From Bacillota bacterium (GTDB lineage: Bacteria > Bacillota > Clostridia > Acetivibrionales > DTU013), in NCBI GenBank assembly GCA_023411645.1, contig JAEYON010000068.1, positions 44,599 through 108,598 on the forward strand: a stretch of DNA of 64,000 nt, given 5' to 3'. The notes beneath the pieces are model-generated. The model was not told where the DNA came from. It ran no database searches and saw nothing but the letters and a program-made list of their open reading frames with translations. Positions 27,201-35,413 of the stretch are shown here, in pieces; within the stretch, counting starts at the first letter, position 1; every line of letters begins with the position of its first letter. A program made the position numbers and the translations under genes.

Positions 27201-30200
27201 CTTTATGGCTGCTGTCCCCTTGGGTGGCATATTGGATAAGCAAACCGATTGAAAAACGCACCAGAAGTCTGTCAATCGAAGACAATGCCATGCTCAGACG
27301 AATGTCGCGCAAGACTTGGAGGTATTTCGAAGATTTTGCTGGAGAAACGGATCATTTTCTGCCTCCGGATAACTATCAGGAGGATCCTCCCAAAGGCGTC
27401 GCGCACAGGACCTCTCCTACAAATATTGGACTTTTACTTATCTCAATTCTCTCTGCCGCCGACATGGGTTTTATCGGATGGAAGAGCCTTGTTGAAAGAC
27501 TTGAAAAGACTATAAGCACTATTGAAAAAATGGAGAAGTGGAAGGGACATCTCTACAACTGGTATGATACAGTGACACTGGAAACTTTGCGGCCTATATA
27601 TGTTTCTACTGTAGACAGCGGAAATCTGGTGGGATACTTGATCGTTGTAAGAGAAGGATTGAAAGAGTTTTTCAAAAAGAAGATACCGGAACCTAATTTA
27701 GTACTGGGATTAAAGGATACACTGGATTTGGTTTGCAAAGAAGAGAGAACTGATATCGGTTCCAAATTGCGTCAGGCCCTGTCTGAGCCTTCTTTGGTGC
27801 TTGGTGAAAAAAGCGGGGATTTGCGTAATTGGTTGGGCATTCTAAAGGAACTTACCGGTTGGTGCAGTTCATTAGCGGCAGATCACAGGCATAAGAGCAG
27901 CAAATGGCTCCCGAAACTTACAGAAACGGTAGAAGAATTTGCTAATGAATTGATTATGTTCTATCCATATCTGGAACGGCCTGAGCTTCTAAATATACTG
28001 GAACCGGCACCGTCCGGAACAGAGGCCATATTCCAGGACGTATCCCAGGCAATATCCAATATAGATATGTACAAGCCCGCTACGCCGTCGGAATTGTTGA
28101 AGCGTTATCAAACAGTAATCGGGCTGATCGGACAGTTGCTAGACCGTCAGGATTACCGGAAAGATCATATATGGGCGGAACATGCACAGATCCTCAACGA
28201 TATGCTCAGGGAAGCCCAAAGAAGAATTGAGGGCAGTATCCAAGAGGTTCATAATCTGACACGCCGAATTTCTGTACTCATTGATGAGACAGAGTTCACA
28301 CCGCTGTTTGATCATAAAAGGATGTTGTTCTCGATTGGATATAATGTGGAAGAAGGCCGGTTGAGTAAATCTTACTATGACCTGCTTGCCTCCGAGGCGA
28401 GACAGGCCAGTTACATCGCCATAGCACGCGGTGAGGTTGACCGCAGACATTGGATGAGAATGGGCAGAAAACTGACTGCGGCGGACGGAGGGAAAGGGCT
28501 TGTGTCCTGGACTGGTACAATGTTTGAATATCTGATGCCGCTTCTGATTATGCGCAACTATGAAAACACCCTATTTGATGAAACTTATTCGTTCGCTGTA
28601 AGAGTGCAAAAAAAATATGGCAAGCAGCATGGCATACCATGGGGAATATCTGAATCCGGTTATAGCGCGCTTGATTTCAACCTAAACTATCAGTATAAGG
28701 CGTTTGGCGTACCGGAGCTGGGGCTGAAGCGGGGGCTGGCAAATGATATGGTGACTGCGCCTTATGCATCAATGCTGGCATTAAATGTGAGCGGCATATC
28801 GGCTGTGGAGAATCTCAAGCAACTGGCTGATCTGGGAGCAGATGGACTGTGGGGATATTATGAGGCAATCGACTTTACACCATCCAGACTTGATAAGGAT
28901 GCCAGCTACTACATTGTTAAAAGTTATATGGCTCACCATCAGGGGATGAGTCTGGCAGCCATGAACAATTTCTTTAATTCGAATATATTGCAGGAACGCT
29001 TTCATTCTGACCCTGTAATTAATTCAGCGGAGCTGCTGCTTCAAGAAAAAATACCGGAAAAAGTGCTTTATACCAGAGAATTCAGCAAGGACAGCTTTGT
29101 ACGTTTAAAAAAGAGCGATCAGACAGAGGGAATGGTAGTGCGGACATTTGGTCTACCCGGCACTCTTCCGCCTAACGTAAACATTCTATCCAATGGAGTC
29201 TATAATGTGATGGTAACCGACGGCGGTTCAGGATACAGTAAAAACTCAAATATGGACGTTACAAGGTGGGAAGCTGATTATTTTACAAAGAACGGATTCT
29301 ATATTTTTATTAAGAACGTCAATTCCAATGTAGGGTGGTCTGCCACGCTGGATCCGCTGGATGTTGAACCGGAAAAGTACAGAGTAGTTTTTTCTCCTGA
29401 CAAAGCAGAATATGTGCGTAGGGATGGAAACCTGGAAACCCATTTGGAAGTCACGGTTTCCGCTGAGGATAATGCTGAAGTGAGGATGGTATCGGTAACA
29501 AACCATAGCAACCATATCAGGATTGTGGAATTTACCAGTTATCTTGAAGCGGTGCTGGCTCCCGGACATGAAGATGCGGCTCATCCGGCCTTCAGTAAAT
29601 TGTTTGTTAAAACAGAGTTTGTCCCACAGCAGTCTTGCCTGCTTGCAGTACGAAAGCAAAGAACAGAAGAGAAGAAACCGCTATGGCTTATGCATACAAT
29701 GGTTGTGGATTCGGGATCCGTCATAGGAGATCTCCAATATGAAACGGATCGGATGAAATTTATAGGTCGCAACCGTAATATATCCAACCCTAAAGCACTG
29801 GAGCCGGACCAGCCTCTGAGCAACAGTGAAGGCTCTGTTCTCGACCCGGTTATGAGCTTGCGAAGACGTGTTGAGATTGCCCCGGGACATACAGTCAAGG
29901 TTGTATATACTGTTGCTGTTGCGCATACAAGACAGCAGGCGCTTGAGCTTGCCGAGAAATATAACGATTACAGGACCTCCAGGAGGGTTTTTGAGCTGTC
30001 CTGGACAAGAAGCCAGGTAGAAAACAGATACCTTGGGCTTGAGAATAAACAGATTGAGTTCTATCTGGAGCTAATCCCATTCATACTTTATGACAGCCCG
30101 CTAAGAAGGGAACACGCTGGATATATCGCAAACAATACCGGTGCTCAGCAGGAGCTTTGGCCCTTTGGTATTTCGGGGGACATTCCGGTTATTCTTGTTG

Positions 30201-33085
30201 AGGTCAATGAAATGGAAGACATGGAGATGGTTGAATGGGCAATAAAAGGCCATGAATTTTGGAAGATGAAAGGTCTGATGATAGATCTTGTTCTGGTGGT
30301 GAATAAGAAAGAAGGCTATTCACAGCCGCTGAATGATCAGATCAGAAATATCATTGCCGCAAGTCATGCAAGAGAAAGCATCAATCATTACGGGGGCGTG
30401 TTTATCAGAAATACCGCCGAGATGGATCAGGCGCAGGTGACATTGCTCTATACGGTGGCCAAAATAGTCATAAAGGACAGCATCGAAGCATTGAAAGGCC
30501 GTGTGAAGGAACTGCGCATTTTATTAGATCGGACTCCTCCGGCGGTTGTCAGCAGCAAACCGGAAAAAGTGCAGCCTATTTTTGTGCATCAGCCCGCTAA
30601 TGAAAGAAAACTATTGTTTTTTAACGGCATCGGCGGATTTTCCGCAGATGGAAAGGAATATGTGATCAGGCTGCCCGGAGGTTCGCACACACCTGCGCCA
30701 TGGTCGAATATCATTTCAAATAAAAAATTCGGTTTCCTGGTTACGGAAAGCGGAGGCGGCTATACATGGGCGGAGAACAGCCGGGAATTCAAACTGACGC
30801 CATGGTCCAACGATCCTGTAACAGACTGGCAAGGTGAGGTTTTCTATATGTGCGATACCCATCAGAAGTGCCATTGGACACTGACTCCATCGCCGGCTGG
30901 CGATAATGAGCTTTATACGATAAGGCACGGTCATGGTTACAGTATTTTTGAACACAACAGCCATGGACTCAGTCAGTCTCTGACCATGTTTGCGGCGCTG
31001 GATTCACCGGTCAAGATCTGCCTTGTTACGATTACTAATATTACCGGAAGAAAAAGGGATCTGACCATCACCTATTATACCAGACCGGTGTTAGGTGTTG
31101 ATGAAAACCAAACGTCACCATATATCGTCACGTGGCGGGATGAAAGAGGGGTCCTTTTTGCTGAAAATAAATACAACAATGAGTTCAGAGGACGGGTTGC
31201 GTTTTTGTCTACGAATATAAAAGATTCTTCTGTGACCGGCGACCGGATTTCATTTATCGGCCAATCAGGAGACCTCTCCGAGCCGATGGCCCTGACAGGT
31301 GAAACCCTCGGGGGAGTGACTGGAGCGGGGATCGATCCTTGTGCTGCCATCATGGGAAACATAAAACTGGAGCCGGAGGAGGAAGTCAGTGTTGTCTTCC
31401 TGCTCGGAAGCGGAGAAAATGCAAAACATGCAGCAGAGCTTGCCGCCCGGTTCAGTGATATACAGACGGCCTCTGATGAGCTGGATAGGGTAAGAGAATA
31501 CTGGAGGAGAATACTGGAGGCCATACAGGTGCATACGCCGGATGATTCTTTTGATGTAATGATAAACGGATGGTTTATGTATCAGACAATCGCATGCAGG
31601 ATTTGGGCGAGATCAGGTTATTATCAGGCAGGGGGCGCATATGGCTTCAGGGATCAGCTTCAGGACAGTATGTCGCTGCTGAATACATGGCCTTTGATGG
31701 CCAGGGATCAAATTTTGCTGCATGCTTCAAGGCAGTTTGAAGAAGGGGATGTACAGCACTGGTGGCATATGGAGGGGGGTAAGGGAATCCGTACAAGGTA
31801 TTCGGATGATTTACTCTGGCTTGCTTATGTTACTGCAGAGTACATTGAGAAGACCGCAGACACATCCATCCTGTATGAACAGGTGCCTTTTCTGAAGGGC
31901 AGCATTCTGGTTGAAGGAAATGATGAGAAATATGAGCAGCCCCAAATCTCGGATAAAGTTGCCCGTGTATATGAGCACTGCACTCTAGCAATTGACAGAT
32001 CTCTGGCCACAGGACCTCATGGGTTGCCACTCATAGGCAGTGGCGACTGGAATGACGGAATGAATACGGTCGGCAATAAAGGTATGGGGGAAAGTGTCTG
32101 GCTTGGTTGGTTTCTGATCTCCATACTAAAAAAGTTCATTCCTGTCTGCCGGCTTATGGAGGATTTTGATAGAGCTCAGGCATACCGTGAAGCAACTGAC
32201 CGACTTCAGGAAAACATGGAAAGGAACGCCTGGGATGGAAGCTGGTATAGAAGGGCTTACTTTGATGATGGCACACCGCTGGGTTCAGTTCATAATTCAG
32301 AATGTATGATTGATTCTATTTCCCAGTCCTGGTCTGTTATATCAGGGGCAGCAAAGCCGCACCGGATGGAGGAGGCAATGGATGCAGTCCAAAAGTATCT
32401 GGTAGACAGCAATGAGGGGATCATCAAATTGCTGACACCGCCCTTTGACAAAGGGGACCTGCATCCCGGATATATTAAGGGATATGTACCCGGCGTCAGG
32501 GAAAACGGCGGTCAATACACCCATGCGGCCACATGGGCAGTTATGGCTTTTGCGCTGCTCGGTAAGGGAGATAAGGCAAGCGAGTTGTTCCATATGTTGA
32601 ATCCGGTAAATCATACCAGAACAGAACTTGAATATTCCAGATATAAAACGGAGCCTTATGTCATAGCGGCTGATGTCTATTCGGTACTTCCTCATACAGG
32701 CCGCGGCGGATGGACTTGGTATACAGGAGCGGCAGGGTGGCTTTATAAGGTAGGCCTGGAAAACATCGCCGGATTCAGGAAAAAAGGAGACAGATTGCAT
32801 ATCAATCCATGCATACCAAAGAATTGGGACGGATTTGAGATCGATTACCGTATGGAGCAGGCTGTCTACCACATTCAAATAAAAAACCCCGACAGCTTGA
32901 ACTGCGGAGTTTCATATATTGCCGTAGATGGTAAGCCGTGTCTGGGCGGTTTTATTATCCTTGAACGGAGTGGATTCCACAGGGTCGAAGTTATCATGGG
33001 CACACCGCCTGTATCTGATCAAGATGCCGAATCCAATCCGGAGTCCGAGACATATGTGACAGGATCAAGCATTGGAAATTCATAG
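24245..33085 (+). CDS. Cyclic beta-1,2-glucan synthase-like giant protein (Cgs/ChvB/NdvB family: TM segments, GT84-like transferase, GH94-like phosphorylase)
   Basis: About 2946 aa from ATG 24245 (the ORF-track TTG 24206 gives 2959 aa). Hydrophobic segments near residues 15-35, 430-480 and 850-1010. Transferase motifs VITLDADSNLP and QHRWVRGDWQ. C-terminal GH94-type motifs RYSDDLLWL, GSGDWNDGMN, ENGGQYTHAATW and GGWTWYTGAAGW. Confidence 0.8.
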   Translation: MGLFIATTYVILSGVIIYLLILISRRKADRCVEVRDTILATEELERHAIEIARSHPVMKSAKSLHWLVRRLNSNYSFIVGIYKALNIDARESFPSAPAAEWLLDNFYIIEEQVKLIRRNLSRGRYSKLPVLKEGYLKGYPRVYAIALEMVAHSNGGIDDRIITTFIHAYQTQTMLSIAELWAFPIMLRIAVLESIRNVCEKIHTSRIEWHKAEELASHILTRKPDEQEIKQLLDDQFSEGKLVTSSFTEHLVQRLRKAGKGNSSVTALMDAYLEKEHSSIEKMTAEEHQMQAEMQVAIGNSITGLRLISELDWSEMFEALSHVEQILRKDPSGVYGQMDFESRDYYRHGVEKLARAFNVSEIHVTNKAIGCAKAGAGNPPQDHVGYYLIGKGRETLVALLEKSSKRRWVFSFASLKKPKRLYAAIILSLTAFLVCFFTYYALSRNNAQSFLWPFVTVLLTLIPCSEFAISVTNTIFGHVYRPTMMPKLELKDGIPNELAAFVIVPTLLTSPGRAEELLRQLEVYFLANREKNLYFALVGDFKDAPSQTQEKDEGIVSAVLNGVEELNGKYSADGHDIFFYVHRKRSYSKSQDRWMGWERKRGAVLEFNRLLRGETDTGFNVISGDVSQLSDIRYVITLDADSNLPMGTAKRLIGTMAHPLNKACVDEETETVTSGYGLLQPRICVSIAGANRSLFTKIFAGQGGIDPYTTAVSDIYQDIFDEGIFTGKGIYEVDVYRRVLENRIPDNKVLSHDLLEGCYLRAGLASDIELVDSYPSGYQSYTARQHRWVRGDWQLLPWLAGRVEKLNGNKVKNTLSGLSKWKIADNLRRSLIAPSLLLLLIAGIGFLPGSNLVWIGFVILVSSTPLTTGFLNVLLSGNLLYFSGKTNSTVITGIRAAFYQSVLMLMLIPHQTWIMADAVIRTIYRTFISHKNMLEWVTAADVEASAKNSPGTYLRKMWFVFPAAVALAGAAALSPEGLGIVAVIVTLWLLSPWVAYWISKPIEKRTRSLSIEDNAMLRRMSRKTWRYFEDFAGETDHFLPPDNYQEDPPKGVAHRTSPTNIGLLLISILSAADMGFIGWKSLVERLEKTISTIEKMEKWKGHLYNWYDTVTLETLRPIYVSTVDSGNLVGYLIVVREGLKEFFKKKIPEPNLVLGLKDTLDLVCKEERTDIGSKLRQALSEPSLVLGEKSGDLRNWLGILKELTGWCSSLAADHRHKSSKWLPKLTETVEEFANELIMFYPYLERPELLNILEPAPSGTEAIFQDVSQAISNIDMYKPATPSELLKRYQTVIGLIGQLLDRQDYRKDHIWAEHAQILNDMLREAQRRIEGSIQEVHNLTRRISVLIDETEFTPLFDHKRMLFSIGYNVEEGRLSKSYYDLLASEARQASYIAIARGEVDRRHWMRMGRKLTAADGGKGLVSWTGTMFEYLMPLLIMRNYENTLFDETYSFAVRVQKKYGKQHGIPWGISESGYSALDFNLNYQYKAFGVPELGLKRGLANDMVTAPYASMLALNVSGISAVENLKQLADLGADGLWGYYEAIDFTPSRLDKDASYYIVKSYMAHHQGMSLAAMNNFFNSNILQERFHSDPVINSAELLLQEKIPEKVLYTREFSKDSFVRLKKSDQTEGMVVRTFGLPGTLPPNVNILSNGVYNVMVTDGGSGYSKNSNMDVTRWEADYFTKNGFYIFIKNVNSNVGWSATLDPLDVEPEKYRVVFSPDKAEYVRRDGNLETHLEVTVSAEDNAEVRMVSVTNHSNHIRIVEFTSYLEAVLAPGHEDAAHPAFSKLFVKTEFVPQQSCLLAVRKQRTEEKKPLWLMHTMVVDSGSVIGDLQYETDRMKFIGRNRNISNPKALEPDQPLSNSEGSVLDPVMSLRRRVEIAPGHTVKVVYTVAVAHTRQQALELAEKYNDYRTSRRVFELSWTRSQVENRYLGLENKQIEFYLELIPFILYDSPLRREHAGYIANNTGAQQELWPFGISGDIPVILVEVNEMEDMEMVEWAIKGHEFWKMKGLMIDLVLVVNKKEGYSQPLNDQIRNIIAASHARESINHYGGVFIRNTAEMDQAQVTLLYTVAKIVIKDSIEALKGRVKELRILLDRTPPAVVSSKPEKVQPIFVHQPANERKLLFFNGIGGFSADGKEYVIRLPGGSHTPAPWSNIISNKKFGFLVTESGGGYTWAENSREFKLTPWSNDPVTDWQGEVFYMCDTHQKCHWTLTPSPAGDNELYTIRHGHGYSIFEHNSHGLSQSLTMFAALDSPVKICLVTITNITGRKRDLTITYYTRPVLGVDENQTSPYIVTWRDERGVLFAENKYNNEFRGRVAFLSTNIKDSSVTGDRISFIGQSGDLSEPMALTGETLGGVTGAGIDPCAAIMGNIKLEPEEEVSVVFLLGSGENAKHAAELAARFSDIQTASDELDRVREYWRRILEAIQVHTPDDSFDVMINGWFMYQTIACRIWARSGYYQAGGAYGFRDQLQDSMSLLNTWPLMARDQILLHASRQFEEGDVQHWWHMEGGKGIRTRYSDDLLWLAYVTAEYIEKTADTSILYEQVPFLKGSILVEGNDEKYEQPQISDKVARVYEHCTLAIDRSLATGPHGLPLIGSGDWNDGMNTVGNKGMGESVWLGWFLISILKKFIPVCRLMEDFDRAQAYREATDRLQENMERNAWDGSWYRRAYFDDGTPLGSVHNSECMIDSISQSWSVISGAAKPHRMEEAMDAVQKYLVDSNEGIIKLLTPPFDKGDLHPGYIKGYVPGVRENGGQYTHAATWAVMAFALLGKGDKASELFHMLNPVNHTRTELEYSRYKTEPYVIAADVYSVLPHTGRGGWTWYTGAAGWLYKVGLENIAGFRKKGDRLHINPCIPKNWDGFEIDYRMEQAVYHIQIKNPDSLNCGVSYIAVDGKPCLGGFIILERSGFHRVEVIMGTPPVSDQDAESNPESETYVTGSSIGNS

Positions 33086-33696
33086 TTTTCCTGCCCCAAC
33101 TCAGCTAACAGATTTATTGTGTTATGAAAGTCGGAGATCAGATCCAACCCATTTGCCTCCAGGATATGCTGAAGCTGGCCGTTTTCTCTATACATCCACC
33201 TTGTATATCTGGAACGCTCCAGAATGTAATCCTTAATCACATTCTGGAAATCGGCCTGTCTTAGAATCTCTTCACATATAAAGAAGTTACAGACCGTAGT
33301 GCGGAATCGCACCGGTAATTTACAACCGGAGCCTGGGCTAACAAACGGACAGGTCCTGAAAAATATGGTATGATCTCTTATGCTGCCGGTTTCTAAAAGC
33401 TTTCCGGATGATATGTATTTTTCGTATGCTTCCTTATCAAAAGGCCCTTTGGCATAGATATTGTATCTATTCACAATAGTGCCGGGATTTGACAATATAA
33501 TTTCGAGTGTCTTATGCCCACTATCCAGTATTGCCATTCTTTGAATATCTACCAGTGTAAACTCGGGAAAATAATGACAGCAGCCTCTGTTTTTAATACT
33601 GCATAAGCTTTTTCCCATCAGACTGTTACAGCTGGAACAATCTGTACAGCCAATCTGCGGAATACCGTGATCAAAAAAAATATAAATATTTCCCAT
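33019..33696 (-). CDS. YkgJ-type cysteine-cluster (CxxCxxCC-like) protein
   Basis: 225 aa. N-terminal CTDCSSC...GCCHYFP and later RTCPFVSPGSGCKLPVRFRTTVCNFFIC, resembling the UPF0153/YkgJ pattern. SD AGGGGG sits 7 nt before the ATG. The 3' end overlaps the glucan-synthase 3' end by 67 nt. Confidence 0.5.
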   Translation of the reverse strand: MGNIYIFFDHGIPQIGCTDCSSCNSLMGKSLCSIKNRGCCHYFPEFTLVDIQRMAILDSGHKTLEIILSNPGTIVNRYNIYAKGPFDKEAYEKYISSGKLLETGSIRDHTIFFRTCPFVSPGSGCKLPVRFRTTVCNFFICEEILRQADFQNVIKDYILERSRYTRWMYRENGQLQHILEANGLDLISDFHNTINLLAELGQENYEFPMLDPVTYVSDSGLDSAS

Positions 33697-33728
33697 AAAT
33701 CGCCCCCTGATAAATTTTTTACTTCTAC

Positions 33729-33757
33729 ATTATAGTTTCGGTGAGGTCTCTCAGCAA
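33729..33757 (-). promoter_or_regulatory. Sigma-A-type promoter of the Cys-cluster protein gene
   Basis: Minus strand: TTGCTG (33757-33752), 17 nt, TATAAT (33734-33729). Confidence 0.4.
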
Positions 33758-33810
33758 TACCTTTTTTAATTTAAAATACCTTTTTTAATATAAAATACCT
33801 TTTTTTAAAC
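33756..33810. repeat. 19-bp tandem direct repeat, about 2.8 copies
   Basis: AATACCTTTTTTAATTTAA (33756-33774), AATACCTTTTTTAATATAA (33775-33793), AATACCTTTTTTTAAAC (33794-33810). Exact 19-bp period of the AATACC cores (33756, 33775, 33794). Confidence 0.85.
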
Positions 33811-34018
33811 GCGAAAGAATGCTGTAAATGGGAAATTATGTTGTAAACGTAACAAAATTGTTATACAATTGTCATTACAATAGTCAAATATTTTCTGTAG
33901 ACGGTATTTTGTTCCAGGCTTATCCCGTTTTTTAAGACAAGGTAGTACGGCTTTAGCATTACTTCCGTATATAAGGTATGCTGGCCGCCGGTTTTTTTAC
34001 TGCGGGAGGTGAGTATCC

Positions 34019-34204
34019 TTGAAGAGAACGATGAGTAGGTGTTATGAAAATTGCATCAATAAACTGCGTAATGAACTTCACAATCTGATCGATTCAGAAA
34101 AAATTACCAGTAAAATTGTACAAAAGAGAAGTCGGGAGCTTGACCATTTGATTTTCTTGTATTACCAGCAGTGTAGAAAAGATCAGGAATTAAAGGAGCC
34201 GTAA
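34019..34204 (+). CDS. Spo0E-family sporulation regulatory aspartyl-phosphate phosphatase-like protein
   Basis: 61 aa. INKLRNELHNLI...SRELDHLIFLYY matches the Spo0E-family SQELDxLI helix-hairpin pattern. SD GGGAGGTGA lies before TTG 34019. Confidence 0.5.
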   Translation: MKRTMSRCYENCINKLRNELHNLIDSEKITSKIVQKRSRELDHLIFLYYQQCRKDQELKEP

Positions 34205-34992
34205 AAGAGAATTCCTAAAAATGGCAGCACAATAATTGCAGTGGCTGGATGACCGCTACCTGCCGTTGATATATGTTGGCCAAAGATTGTCTGGCCTGCA
34301 ATGATGTAACCGGTTATCAGACCCAAAACCAGGCCGCCGACCGCTCCCGCTGTGATCATGAGCGGGTGGCGATGGTCGCAGGAAGGTTCGCTGATATCGT
34401 CGGGATACATAATGTCTGTCCAAAGCAATTTTTTCCTTTTTACGAGTGAATAGCACAGTGGGAGAAGGATAGGCCCCAAGACCAGTGTGATTACTACGTT
34501 ATTGAGCGTAATAATTATGGCCAGAGCTGAGAAGCTTGCCATATTCAGAATATCAAGTCCCCATGCGATTGTTACCGAGCAGGCGATACTTGCAATAAAG
34601 CTGATTATGCCGAATTGTGCCAGCTTCCATGGAGTATTGATATTAGGTGTTTTGTCCTCGCCATATCTTGGCTTGATATGATTCCACAGTTTATATGGGA
34701 TATAGGCATACATAAAATTTCCGATAAAACCGAAAAAAGAACCGGCCGACAGCGTGCCGAAACAATCTCCGCCAAGATTCCCGAGTGCGGAGCCCCAGGC
34801 ACCCGCTGGCCCGAATAGCAGCCCGAATATAACCGGCAAAAGCGATGCCGGCCTTATTTCTGTAATACCCGGAATAACAGGTATCGATTTGGTAGGAAGT
34901 AAAAGCAGCATGTATATACCCGCACATAATACGGTTAATGCAACCATGTTTCCGTACTTCCACATCCTTACGATTTCCTTCACAAAATGCAC
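34183..34992 (-). CDS. Polytopic membrane protein, ECF-transporter S-component-like
   Basis: 269 aa with about 6 hydrophobic segments. RPASLLPVIFGLLFGPAGAWGSALGNLGGD resembles S-component signatures. The start is uncertain (GTG 34992, GTG 34983 with SD GAGAGGTG, or ATG 34965). The substrate is unknown. Confidence 0.5.
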   Translation of the reverse strand: MHFVKEIVRMWKYGNMVALTVLCAGIYMLLLLPTKSIPVIPGITEIRPASLLPVIFGLLFGPAGAWGSALGNLGGDCFGTLSAGSFFGFIGNFMYAYIPYKLWNHIKPRYGEDKTPNINTPWKLAQFGIISFIASIACSVTIAWGLDILNMASFSALAIIITLNNVVITLVLGPILLPLCYSLVKRKKLLWTDIMYPDDISEPSCDHRHPLMITAGAVGGLVLGLITGYIIAGQTIFGQHISTAGSGHPATAIIVLPFLGILFYGSFNS

Positions 34993-35330
34993 CTCTCGGT
35001 AATTGCAGCAATTGGTAATCCCGCAATTATTGTACCATTTTCCAGTTCAAAATGTCTATATTGCGGCTGATAATGTTTATTGTAACCTATCTCAGAACGG
35101 TTGCAGTTTTTGCATCAAACTTCAGAATAGGCTTGCTGTAGTGGATAATTATTTTATGTTCAGTGCTCAAAATTTCAGGTATGATAGTGCTTTTTCAACA
35201 AAAAAGCTGTGATTTACGCAGAAAAGTGGCCTATAACTATAAAAACACACCATAATACTTGCAAAAATGAGCAAGGTATGAAAACTGCTAGTACTACTTA
35301 CAAAACATACTAAACATATCAAAATTGGTG

Positions 35331-35359
35331 TTGACAATTTATTTTCACCGGAATATAAT
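35331..35359 (+). promoter_or_regulatory. Strong sigma-A-type promoter of the transsulfuration pair
   Basis: TTGACA (35331-35336), 17 nt, TATAAT (35354-35359). The inverted repeat AAATTG-N7-CAATTT (35322-35340) overlaps the -35. Confidence 0.6.
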
Positions 35360-35413
35360 ACCGACATAACATATATATTTACTATATTATTCTTAGGGGA
35401 ATCACGATGCTTT

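Noticed and set aside
34993-35120. preQ1 riboswitch upstream of the ECF-S-like membrane protein
   Set aside because: Its weak resemblance to QueT-like or S-component proteins prompted the check. No preQ1-I-type hairpin with an A-rich tail is present.
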